Positions 42,881 through 60,988 of a DNA stretch of 64,000 nt are shown here, piece by piece (the stretch's first letter is position 1; each line of letters opens with the position of its first letter). The stretch lies in NCBI GenBank assembly GCA_964016885.1, contig OZ024745.1:23436001-23500000 (forward strand), read 5' to 3'. The stretch comes from Eledone cirrhosa (Eukaryota). Both the position numbers and the translations under genes were made by a program. Under the pieces are notes generated by a model that was not told where the DNA came from, ran no database searches, and saw nothing but the letters and a program-made list of their open reading frames with translations.

Positions 42881-43005
42881 TTATTGTTGTTGTTGTTGCT
42901 GTTGTTGTTGTTGTTGCTGTCGTTGTTGTTGTTGCTGTTGTTGTTGTTGTTGTTGTTGCTGTTATTGTTGTTGTTGCTGTTGTTGTTGTTGTTGTTGTTG
43001 TTGCT

Positions 43006-43036
<31 letters not shown>

Positions 43037-43081
43037 TTATTGTTGTTGTTGCTGTTGTTGTTGTTGTTGTTGCTGCTGCTG

Positions 43082-43113
<32 letters not shown>

Positions 43114-43616
43114 GGAGGTGGTGTTGTTGGTTTTGTTGCTGTTGTTGCTGTTGTTGTTGTTGCTGTTGTTGTTGCTGTTGTTGTTGTTGCTGTTGTTGCT
43201 GTTGTTGTTGTTGATGTTGCTGTTGTTGTTGGTGGTGGTGTTGTTGTTGCTGTTGTTGTTGTTACTGTTGTTGTTGCTGTTGTTGTTGTTGATGTTGCTG
43301 TTGTTGTTGGTGGTGGTGTTGCTGTTGTTGTTGTTGTTGTTGGTGGTGGTGGTGTTGTTGTTTTTGTTGCTGTTGTTGCTGTTGTTGTTGTTACTGTTGT
43401 TGTCTTTGCTGTTGATGTTGTTGTTGTTGTTGTTGCTGTTGCTGCTGTTGTTGTTGTTGTTGTTGCAGTTGTTGTTGTTGCAGTTGTTGTTGTTATTGAT
43501 GTTATTGTTGTTGTTGTTGCTGTTGTTGTTGTTATTGATGTTATTACTGTTGTTGTTGTTGTTTTTGCTGCTGTTATTGCTGTTGTTGTTGTTGCTGTTG
43601 TTGTTGTTGATGTTGC

Positions 43617-43650
<34 letters not shown>

Positions 43651-43973
43651 GCTGTTGTTGTTGGTGGTGGAGGTGGTGTTATTGGTTTTGTTGCTGTTGT
43701 TGCTGTTGTTGTTGTTACTGTTGTTGTTGCTGTTGTTGTTGTTGCTGTTGTTGCTGTTGTTGTTGTTGATGTTGCTGTTGTTGTTGGTGGTGGTGTTGTT
43801 GTTGTTGCTGTTGTTGTTGTTGTTGTTGGTGGTGGTGGTGTTGTTGTTTTTGTTGCTGTTGTTGCTTTTGTTGTTGTTACTGTTGTTGTCTTTGCTGTTG
43901 TTGTTGTTGCTGTTGCTTTTGTTCATGTTGTTGTTGTTGTTGTTGGTGGTGGTGGTAGTGTTATTTTTGTTGC

Positions 43974-44007
<34 letters not shown>

Positions 44008-44009
44008 GC

Positions 44010-44052
<43 letters not shown>

Positions 44053-44180
44053 GCAGTTGTTGTTGTTGCAGTTGTTGTTGTTGTTATTGATGTTATTGTT
44101 GTTGTTGTTGCTGTTGTTGTTGTTATTGATGTTATTACTGTTGTTGTTTTTGCTGCTGTTATTGCTGTTGTTGTTGTTGC

Positions 44181-44213
<33 letters not shown>

Positions 44214-44445
44214 TATTATTGTTGTTGTTGTTGCTGTTGTTATTGGTGCTGGTGGTAGTGGTGGTGGTGGTGGTGGTGGTGGTAGTGGTGGTAGTTATGT
44301 CAGTAGTGGAGGTGGTGGTGGTGATGGTACTGGTAGTGGTGGTGTCAGTGGTGGTACTTATGCCAGTAGTGGTGGTGGTAGTGGTGGTAGTTATGTCGGT
44401 AATGGAGGTGGTGGTGGTGGTGGTGGTGGTAGTTGCGGTGGTAGC
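42881..44445. repeat. Degenerate (GTT)n then (GGT)n tract with an internal duplication of about 0.5-0.6 kb
   Basis: Marker motifs GGAGGTGGTGTT..TGGTTTT, GTCTTTGCT and GCAGTTGTTGTTGTTGCAG each occur twice in the same order. Confidence 0.95.
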
Positions 44446-44944
44446 TTCGATGATATTCTTAAGAAATGAACATGATTTATTGCTGTCGATTATTGGATCG
44501 GCGATGTCTGTTGTGGAGGAAAAGGTGTAGAAATGATTTTATTGAATGTTGAAAAGAGAATGAAAGCCTGTAATGAACTAGCTTGTTCCTTGTGACCAGA
44601 AAGAAAATGTCTGTTGTTTCGTTGTGTGTCATCTCAGGAGGGGCTTCAATGTATCATATTAGTTTCGCTTCCGATCTGGAAAGAAGGAAAACAATACTAT
44701 GACAATCTGTATTAATAATAACATAAACATCTACAAGAATAACAACATGAAGAAGAACATCTGCAGAAGCATCAAAGATAGCAGCAGTATAAAAAATAAG
44801 CCCGCTGCTAAAGAATAAAAAACTCATTGTTGTGGTATAGTTGTAAGAAGGTGGAACTATCCTCGACATTAACCTGCTGCACAAAAAGATTACGATATCA
44901 TCCCCTATTAGAAAGTCTACCATTACAATCATCATTATCTTCTC

Positions 44945-45122
44945 GGTGAATTGGCAGTATTGATAGAGGGTCAGACATGCTTTCCAGCGTAGTTACGTCC
45001 CTTTACGATCTGAGTTCAAATCCCGCCGAGGTTAACTTTGCCTTTCATTCTTACGGGGTCCATAAAATAAAGTACCAGTAATACACTGAGTAATTGCTGG
45101 CCTTGTGCCAAAAGTAGAAACA
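44945..45122 (+). mobile_element. Family-A SINE with 10-bp TSD
   Basis: A-box TGGCAGTATTGA, B-box GAGTTCAAATCC; ATTATCTTCT at 44934 and 45123. Confidence 0.88.
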
Positions 45123-45409
45123 ATTATCTTCTACATCTGCACATCATCTTTTAACATCTGTTGTCCTTGCTGGCAACAGTTGGACATGTCGTCACAGACT
45201 GGTCAGTACTCAAGCAAAGCCTATGACCTACATGTATGTCAGGGACCCGACATATTATACCGCGCCTTTTGTCCGACGCTCTACCGACTCTGCCTAACTG
45301 AGCACCCCATCAGAGAAATAATCAAAAGCCAAGAGAGAAGTAATTGTATTGATGTTTAAACGTGGTGCAAGGCATCAGAAATATGGAACAGATATAAATT
45401 ATTGATAAA

Positions 45410-45580
45410 ATTATGGCGGCCGCAGAAGAAGAATATTAAATTGACAAAAGAAATATGGAGGCTACATGCTAAAATATATCCTTACATAGGGACTTTTGGA
45501 TTGTGGAGCTCTGCGGAGTTGGCTACCAACAGGTGCGAAACTCGCAAGGTGGAGTGGTTGTTCCAGCGTGTCTCTTTTCG
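45410..45580 (+). pseudogene. Possible CRE-like non-LTR restriction-like-endonuclease C-terminal remnant
   Basis: GTFGLWS...ELA...ETRKVEWLFQRVS resembles the recalled motif ETxGxW...GExRExxWLxQRLS; appears frameshifted. Confidence 0.4.
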
Positions 45581-46822
45581 GGCACCGTATTCCCCATCCT
45601 GTCGGCCGGGACCAAGAGGACCTTGACATATTACAGAACATGGTTTTTACCATTTACTTTCCAAACCCATATTACATAAATGTTAACATCTATGTACAAT
45701 TTAATCTACAAAGTATACAGGTCCCTTTTGTTGACAGTAGGTTCTTGTATCGTGGTATCTAAACTAAGAGACTCTACGTTGTGGGGGTTGTGGAGGTAGT
45801 GGAGGACAAAATTAATATTTATGAGATTAACGGTCAGAAAAAACCGCAACAATATCAACAGCATTGATAATTATCACCATAACAGAAGTAAGGGTAAAAG
45901 CTACTATACCTGAAGTAGTATCAGTAGACATATTGGAATGATAAAGCACCACAGACGAAAGAACTGGCTTTAAACACATGCATTGCTTTTATAGAGAAGT
46001 TCTTGGGCTATTCTTCAGAAGTCAGCCATTCACAAGAGAGCAGAACTATCACAATATAGAAGCTCTTTTCTTGGAGTAAAATATACTTTACTCACCCGCC
46101 GGAGATACAATAAACGTTTTGAAAGGACTTTGGAAACTTCCCTTTTTTTTTTATTGTTGCTGTTAACGTCAGGCTCTCAAATTCCACTGTCTTTGTAACA
46201 GATTCTTGTGATAATATATAATAAAATCGAAGGATTTTAAAGTATAGATGGTTCTGGACGACTGCACAATAAATAAACTGCCATGACTTGGCCATTTACC
46301 TACAAACGGTATTTATATATTCGTGACATTTTAAAATATTTTGTCGTGATTGCTGTACTTCACAATTTGCAGATGAATGACTGAATTCACATTTCAATGG
46401 ATAAAGCAAGCAAGACGGATGCAATATAAACACCTAGGATCATAAATACTAAGCTACCATAAATTTTGACTAAATAATATGGCATGTGTCTAGAGCAGAC
46501 ATACACTTGTCAGATTCTAGACAGATTTATTTGGAAGAAACGAAACATAATATAGGATCTCGAATTTAGAGCAATATCTGTATAATTTAGAAATACTTGA
46601 CATGTTTGAACATTAGTAATGAAAGTACATATCTTGAAGGTTTTGCCAACACTTGATCCTCTTGTAAGGGACTATGTGGTGGTAACTAATAGAAAAGCGG
46701 AGTCAACAGCCTAAAATCCTGATCAGACTAAATTTCCTGAATGCACCATTATGGACATGGAGCAATCGCACCAGGTCATCTAGATCGTATGTAGATAGGT
46801 TTTTATTATTATTATTATTATT

Positions 46823-46925
46823 ACGGGGTTGATAAAATAAAGTACCAGTAATACACTGGGGTTGATTTAATTGACTTCCCCTTCTCCTTCAAATTGCTGG
46901 CCTTGTGCTTAAAGTAGAAATAATA
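46823..46925 (+). mobile_element. 3' half of a family-A SINE
   Basis: ACGGGGTTGATAAAATAAAGTACCAGTAATACACTGGG...TTGCTGGCCTTGTGC. Confidence 0.8.
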
Positions 46926-46939
46926 ATAATTATTATGAC

Positions 46940-48720
46940 AGCCGATAGAGATAGCATATGGGGTCCACAAGTCCACATTCAGACCACACATTTAAGATCT
47001 GCGCAATCGACCTTGATAGACCATGCATACAAGGACCCGGTTACTAGCACGTAAAGTCTACAAGGACCGGATTAACTTATTAGTTAACCGACAGTTGACA
47101 AGGACAATTGTCTACAATATGTGGTGCTGCACCCTCGAGAGAGTGATTAGATTAGAATCAATAGCTTTTAGCAAATAAATGGTGATAGGAAAAAGTAGGA
47201 ATTCAGGGAGGTTAGTGCGCTAACCTAGAAGAGGCGATTTTGGAGTGGCATAGCAACGGACGGGCTAACTGCAAGAATGGCGCTGGCCCATAGCTTCAAT
47301 ACGAAACAGGTATTGTCAGAGCTAAGGAAGCGGAGGAAGGGGAGGTTATGGAGAAATAGGAGGAAGGAGAGGGAAAGGATGAACGAGATGAAATGGGCTA
47401 AAAGTGGTTAAAAAGGGCTAAAGAGGGACAAAGGGCTAAAGAAGGCGAAAGAGAGTGAAAGACAGCAAAAGAAAGGAATGAAAGGAAGTGGTGAAGGGGA
47501 GGAATGTAGGCTGAATAAGGTTAAAGAAGGTTAAAGAAGGCGAAGAAATCGGCATGAGGGGGAAGTGAGGAAGATGAGGGAGAAGTGGACGAAAGTGGAA
47601 GGGATGAGGGGGGGGAGAAGGGGGCGGTAGAAGTGGAGGAATTAGAAGAAGAGTACGAAAGTGGCTATTGAGGCTAAGACATACTCTAAACATACCTGGA
47701 CTGTGAATATGTGTGGTTGTCCCTTCTTCCCGAAGCCCATCTCTTTCATTGAGTGGCGGTCCTGGATCAAGCGAAGACTGAGACTGAGGGCTTAGTATCT
47801 GGAATATGTTCAAGTACTCACAGCCCTCTACCAGCTGCGCAATGCAGTCAGTCGATATTCTACATTAGCCTTCTTTCGAGGAGTAGCAGGCTCGCTGGAG
47901 CGACGAAGTACTCGGGGGAACTCCTGGTGTCAAGCAGAATGAACTAACCAGACTTTCAACCCGGAGACTGCATCTAATTTCCAGAAATTTCTCGCTTGGT
48001 GTTGGTGGCACTAACGGTTCAATACCATTTGTATATACACGAAAGTGCTGCCAGCTGGGCCTGTCGGAGATGCACGCAGTGCGACTAATCCGTTCTACTG
48101 TCACTCATCTTATGTCCGAGCAATGCTGACTTGTGAAGTTTTATCGTACAGCTGTTGTCGCATGTGTGAGGAATCTTACTATCGGCCGACTCCTTCAGAA
48201 ATCGCCCACCGCCATTTGTCGGAAATGGCAGGCAGCTTTCTTGTCTGATAGTTGGAGCGGAAGCGGATATGTGGTGGACGAGGGTGAAAGGACTGAAATT
48301 AGACACATTCCTTTTCGACCAAACCCTCTCCAACGTTTTCATGTTCCAGTTTGAAAAGGAAAGAGAGAGTTGTGAGGGAACTGCTGTCGCCCCCTCTCCT
48401 CCTTTCCAGTATATATGTTAAAAAGGGGATGATGTAGCAAGAACTGCTCAACTGAATGGGTCTGTTTTAAGTATGAGCCTATAGAACGGAAAGAAAAGAG
48501 AGGATAGGGCCGTTTGCCAATGTTACCATATGTAGTGGAATGATCTAGGATCTATGGTCTTCCTAAATTACCCTGGGATAGTCTTCTTCCCTATTAGGGA
48601 AATCTATTATTATAAATTTGTTGTTATTTTTTACCTGTTTGTTTTTCTGTTTAGACATCTATATGTCCCTGTTTATTCTCTTAACCGCAATGTCATCGGC
48701 CCGAGGGGCCAATAAAATAG
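46940..48720 (+). mobile_element. Highly decayed L1/Tx1-like LINE remnant
   Basis: SDH codons near 46980; MWWTRVKGLKLDTFL at about 48270 is homologous to IWWTRLKGLRSDTFL at 59680; 3' end GGGGCCAATAAA. Confidence 0.55.
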
Positions 48721-48738
48721 AAATTATTTCTATTATTA

Positions 48739-48928
48739 GGTGAATTGGCAGTATCGGTAGAGGGTTGGACGCCATACATACTAGCATAGTTAAATCCCTT
48801 TACGGTCTGAGTTCAAATCCCGCCGAGGTTAACTTTGCCTTTCATCCTTACGGAGTCGATAAAATAAAGTACCAGTAATTCACTGGGATAATTGCTGGCC
48901 TTGTACCAAAAGTAGAAGCAATTATTAT
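48739..48928 (+). mobile_element. Full-length family-A SINE
   Basis: TGGCAGTATCGG A-box, GAGTTCAAATCC B-box, CTTTCATCCTTACGGAGTCGATAAAATAAAGTACCAG core, (ATT)n tail. Confidence 0.9.
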
Positions 48929-49197
48929 TGAAAATTGAAGTAGAAATATAAAGATTCACCATAACATTTGACTAAAAGAAATAGTCTTAATAACCGACTG
49001 AAGAGAAAAAGGATTGGTATCAGCACACATGTCCGGCAAATGGCGCTGGCTCCCCCGTCTTCTGGTATCCATCTTTATCCCCGTTCTGTGGGTTTATATG
49101 CTACGTTATTAACACTAACTTATTTAGTCAAATACTACGGTGAAGCCTTATATTTCTACATGAACTTCTCTGGTTGCTTTCTAAATATACTTCCATT

Positions 49198-49380
49198 TGG
49201 ATTGGCAGTATCGGTAAAGCGTCGGACAACATGCTTAGCGGATTAGAGTTACGGCCCTTTCCGTTCTGATTCCAAACCCCGACGAGGTTGGCTTTGCCTT
49301 TCATCCTTACGACGTTGATAAAATAAAGTACCAGTAATGCACTGGGTCAATTTCATCGACGTTCCTCTCCCCTAAATCAA
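49198..49380 (+). mobile_element. Family-A SINE
   Basis: Same head and core as the 48739 copy. Confidence 0.85.
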
Positions 49381-49395
49381 AAACCATTGTGGTAA

Positions 49396-49397
<2 letters not shown>

Positions 49398-49432
<35 letters not shown>

Positions 49433-49442
49433 TGTTGTTGTT

Positions 49443-49480
<38 letters not shown>

Positions 49481-49505
49481 TGTAGTAGTAGTAGTTGTTG
49501 TTGTT

Positions 49506-49561
<56 letters not shown>

Positions 49562-49610
49562 TGTAGTAGTAGTAGTTGTTGTTGTTGTAGTAGTAGTAGT
49601 AGTTGTAGTT

Positions 49611-49646
<36 letters not shown>
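49398..49646. repeat. (GTA)n/(GTT)n microsatellite
   Basis: Direct inspection. Confidence 0.97.
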
Positions 49647-49647
<1 letters not shown>

Positions 49648-49749
49648 GGGTAGCAGTAATTACAGCAGTGATGTTAATTAATGTTTATATTTAGTTAGAT
49701 TGTAATTTATTCAATTTCAAAATCTTTGATGATAAATTTGTTTCTGTCT

Positions 49750-51770
<2,021 letters not shown>

Positions 51771-51806
51771 TGGGCAGGCCACGTACACATTATATAGAGA
51801 AAGATT

Positions 51807-51946
51807 ATTTTCGTGAACTTTTGCCATTATGTGTATATAGCTATAGGAACTGTGTATGTAAGTGTATGTTACGCCTGGCTGTATGAGATGGTATGGTTTG
51901 CTATTGTATGGTTGTGTATATAAATACATATATATATATAGATGTA

Positions 51947-52034
<88 letters not shown>

Positions 52035-52237
52035 TATGCATACATGTATATATATATGTATCTCTCTCTCTCTCTCCTCTCTCTCTCTATATATATATGC
52101 ATACATCTATATATATATGTATTTATATACACAACCATACAATAACAAACCATACCATCTCATACAGCCAGGCGTAACATACACTTACATACACAATTTC
52201 TATAGCTATATACACATAATGGCAAAAGTTCACGAAA

Positions 52238-52239
<2 letters not shown>
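51807..52239. repeat. Inverted repeat with arms of about 150 bp around a microsatellite spacer
   Basis: TTTTCGTGAACTTTTGCCATT...GATGTATGCA versus TGCATACATC...AATGGCAAAAGTTCACGAAAA, few mismatches. Confidence 0.93.
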
Positions 52240-52304
<65 letters not shown>

Positions 52305-52319
52305 TATAGATTTATGCAC

Positions 52320-52383
<64 letters not shown>

Positions 52384-52899
52384 CATATATATGTATATAT
52401 ATGCATATATATATATATATATATACATATGTATATGTATATACATATGTATATATATATATATATATTCATATATATACATATATATATATATATATAG
52501 ATATATGTATATATATGAATATATATATATATGCTTACGTACGCGTTGCTCTGCGTATATATATAGAAGTATGGGTATATAGACCCGCCAGTTTTGGTGA
52601 ATGTATGTTTATGTGTATGTATGTGTATATGTATATGCATATGCATATGTGTGTGTGTGTGAGTGCGCGTATCTGTATGTGTGCATGAGTTTGAATATGT
52701 CTCTATGTGTGTGCATGCATGTATCTGTGTATTTGCGTATGTATCTGTACGTGTGTATGTGTTTCTGTGAGTACGCATTGCTTAATTTGCCGTAGAAATT
52801 GCTTCGGGTCTTGGAATCACGTATTTCGCTATCGTAAAAGTTCTCTGGAGAATTTTAATTCGCCTCGAATTACTGTTCGAAACTCACGTGCCTGGCAAA

Positions 52900-56382
<3,483 letters not shown>

Positions 56383-56504
56383 AACTTACTCTGTGATAAA
56401 TATGTACCTGTCGCCATATGTAAGTATCAATTATTAGGTCTCTAATCGAAAATTCGTGTGGTTGACATGGATACGGCATTTGGTCGAACATTACCAACAT
56501 TTTG

Positions 56505-56605
<101 letters not shown>

Positions 56606-56699
56606 GTCATTAATATAGATTTGTGAATATATGTTTGTAATTGTGTATGTTGTGTGGTGTCATATATTTTCACCCTACCAATATATATGAATATATGTT

Positions 56700-57093
56700 A
56701 ACCTTGGTCTTCATCTTCCGGTGTGTCCATGTAGGGGCTCCCACATGAGCACTGAGTGCAATGTCAACTCCGGATGTCGGTGAGCATGTCTAGCTAACCT
56801 CAATCTCCTCTGTGTCACTTTTGAGCTGACTTTTGGGAGGCTCCCGTGCAGCTCTGACTTTTTCATCCTCAGTGTATACTGATTAATGTTCAGAGCCATC
56901 CTCACCATTCTCGTGTAGCACCCATATACGATCTGAGTGAGTTTCTTGGTCAGTGTCCAAGTCTCAGACCCGTACAGCAGCACAGACTTTTGAAGACGCA
57001 GGACATGGCAGCGATAATGAGGGACAGAGACCGCTGGAGAGAACTCGTCCATGGATCTCGGGAATTTTACCCGCCGTAGATAGATAGATAGAT
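56700..57093. mobile_element. 5'-truncated, 5'-inverted RTE-clade LINE
   Basis: Minus strand 56990-56700 encodes SVLLYGSETWTLTK...YTRMVRMAL...RRLRLARHAHRH...LMWEP.HG; plus strand 56995-57079 encodes MAAIMRDRDRWRELV...* then (GATA)n. Confidence 0.85.
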
Positions 57094-57462
57094 ATATACG
57101 TATGTGTATATATTCATACATACATATATACATATACACACACAGACACACACATATATATATTAGCACTATACTGATAATTGGCAGGCCAGTTTTAGAT
57201 ATTCATAATTCCTTTAATACATTATCAGCCGTAATACATATATCTATGTCGTTCAAGATGACGTGATACTGTCGTTACACAACCACCAGCACGACTCCAC
57301 CACTACATCTTAACTACTAGTGTTGTTATGCAATATTTCTAATACAATACAAGCTTTGGACAAGTTTACGGACTAGTTACAAGTTTCCTCTATCAACGTC
57401 CGTTCCCTTTTACACATTCACAATCTATCTATCTCTATCTACCTATCTTTTTCCCACTCCCA

Positions 57463-57512
<50 letters not shown>

Positions 57513-57524
57513 GAAAATGTTTAA

Positions 57525-57631
57525 CCCCGACGGCAGAGCTCAAGCCGTTTCATTACCCACTCTACTACCCTAAGTATTGAGTACTCTGGCGCGCTTGGTC
57601 CATCTGGTTCCGAACCACAATTCCTTCGTTT
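57525..57631 (-). repeat. Second copy of the 17072-17256 element, lacking one palindrome arm
   Basis: CCCCGACGGCAGAGCTCAAGCCGTTTC joined to ATTACCCACTCTACTACCC. Confidence 0.8.
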
Positions 57632-57660
57632 TACATATATATATATATATATATATATAT

Positions 57661-58365
<705 letters not shown>

Positions 58366-58377
58366 TAAACACGCACG

Positions 58378-58438
<61 letters not shown>

Positions 58439-58518
58439 TTCGTAATGAGACTTTGAAGAAAAAAATACCTGTTTTTCTATCACTTCCTTGCATATTCAAT
58501 TTGATATATACATATCTA

Positions 58519-58582
<64 letters not shown>

Positions 58583-58778
58583 AAGATAGAGAGAGGGGGG
58601 ATAGAGATTGCAAGTTACTAGTTTAGACTAGTAAGACCACGTTCAGCTAATTACTCGACACTTGAGACAGTTTAGTGTATGTAAATAGTTGCTGCCCCAC
58701 GGCTGAGCTCACACCGTTTCAAAGGTGAGTAAATCTCCCTCTCTCTCTCTCTCTCGCTCTCTCTCCCTCTGTTCCTAT

Positions 58779-58819
<41 letters not shown>

Positions 58820-58882
58820 GATAGATATATAGATAGAGAGATAGAGATAGAGAGAGAGGGAGACAGAGAGACATATTTATAT

Positions 58883-58921
<39 letters not shown>

Positions 58922-59254
58922 TATAGAGAGAAAGAGAGAGAGGGAGAGAGAGAGGGGAGGGAGAGAGAGAGAGAGAGACAGAGAGAGATATTTATACACA
59001 CACACACATATATATATATAGATAGATAGATAGATATATATAGAGAGAGAAAGAGAGAAAGATGGAGAGAGAGCGGGAGGGAGAGAGAGAGGGGGGACAG
59101 AGAGAGAGAAAGAGAGAGAGAGAGAGGGTGGGGGGAGATTTATATACACACTTTTGAAATTTAATCTATGAACTTTACACTTTCTGATGCACTTGTAATA
59201 GTTATTTATAGGTTTTTATTTTATTTTAATTTGTATATATATACACACACATAC

Positions 59255-59322
<68 letters not shown>

Positions 59323-59613
59323 TATTAGTTTGCTCGCCTTAAAAGAAATAACTACATCTGAGTGCAATGACTCTTGTGTAAATTTGTATCGCCTGATTGT
59401 ACTCATCATACACAATACATACATACACATTTAACACTCCTAGACGTATTTACACACACAAACTGACAGACACGCACACAATTTGAATTCTGAGGGAACA
59501 ACAGAAAATAAAGGCTCCTTATCAAACCTTTGCTCTTCAACCTTTATATTCTGTCATAAATGTATTTATATCTATCTATCTATCTATCTAGCTATCTATC
59601 TATCTATCTATCT

Positions 59614-60109
59614 CACCCTCCTTCAAAAACGAGGGAGAGGCGGTTTTCCTATGTGTTATGGCTATGGTGAAAGAGGTTATATGGTGGACGAGGTTAAAAG
59701 GGCTGAGGTCAGACACCTTTCTCTCCGGCGAGCAACTGATTCGTTTTTTCAAATATCATTTTAGAAGAAGAATCAGGATGGAGAGAGAGGTGTTGTACCC
59801 CAGCAAATTTTATAAAAGGTGGGTGAATGTGGCAAAGATGGCCCGAGTGGTTGGGCCTTCTCTCTATATAAGCCTGTAGGTTGAGGAAAAAGAGGAAGAG
59901 AGGAAGGGAGTACTTACTCTTGGTGCTCCTGGAGATGAGGGTTGTACATTTTTTCGGTGTGTGTACAACCCCTGTATAACACCCCCTTATTGGGGATTTC
60001 AATTGTTATTTGTTATTGTATTAATAGTTTTATTTTCATATACCTGTATGTAAACTCCCCATTTGTATTTGTCCCCTTCTTTTGTGCCCTTGTGGCTAAT
60101 AAAGAAATG
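59614..60109 (+). mobile_element. 5'-truncated L1/Tx1-like LINE 3' end inside (TATC)n
   Basis: Uninterrupted ORF end AMVKEVIWWTRLKG...EREVL...FYKRWVNVA...* (stop at 59879), 3' UTR and AATAAA; (TATC)n on both sides. Confidence 0.75.
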
Positions 60110-60204
<95 letters not shown>

Positions 60205-60319
60205 CGTAGATGCATACATTCCGTGTACATCTCATACAAAATATTATGAAAACAATATACTGAACATTCACAATATATATAACTTGCTTATGTACACACA
60301 CACGATCCCTTGTGCCCAC

Positions 60320-60419
60320 CCGTCATGAAACCTGTCTCATGTGCATGGTTGATGTGCAGGTTCGAACCCAGTCCTTTGGACAGTGAGTCCTGTATCTTAT
60401 ATAACCCTATGCATCACAG
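60320..60419 (-). mobile_element. Degenerate tRNA-like SINE head
   Basis: Minus strand B-box GGGTTCGAACC downstream of a weak A-box; no full cloverleaf. Confidence 0.4.
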
Positions 60420-60988
60420 TCTTCAAGTATTTTATGCAACTTTATGAAAATCCCAATAATGTCCGGGGTATTTGTCCGGGAACAAATACCCCCTTTGCAT
60501 CTTTTTCATGTATACATTCCTTTTTCCAGTATCTTATTTTATTTTATATTATTTTATTTCATCTTATTTGATGTACGCGCACGCATTTTTTTTATATATG
60601 TGCCCCCCCCCCCCACGTTATATGTGACTAGTACATGGCTAATTCGTAGATACTGCATTTATGCATATTGTGTGTGCAGTTTCAGCATAATATGGGTTGA
60701 GTCCAAGCCTCAAGAATGTTGTCTCATATAATACTGTATGCGCTATGTGCACAGTTGCGTGTGTGTGTGGATGTGTGGGTATTCATCAAGTATAGGCTCT
60801 CTTTAGAGACGTATGGGCATGCCCATGTGCATGCCCATGCGCGGGCATATGTATGCATGTGTGTGCATGCATACACGTATACAGGCATGTGTATGCATGT
60901 CCGGGTGTATCTAATTGCATGAGTATGTCTGTGTAGGTGTATGCATATCTATGTGTAGATTCTCAATTTTTCTATCTGTATATGTGCG

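Noticed and set aside
35722-44250. (CAA)n and (GTT)n tracts as long TIRs of one element
   Set aside because: Their interruption patterns do not mirror each other; simple-repeat complementarity explains the match
37705-44530. ORFs of 600-1300 aa (RIGRYSND, HTIAP, poly-V/L/C/N)
   Set aside because: Translations of mini- and microsatellites in several frames
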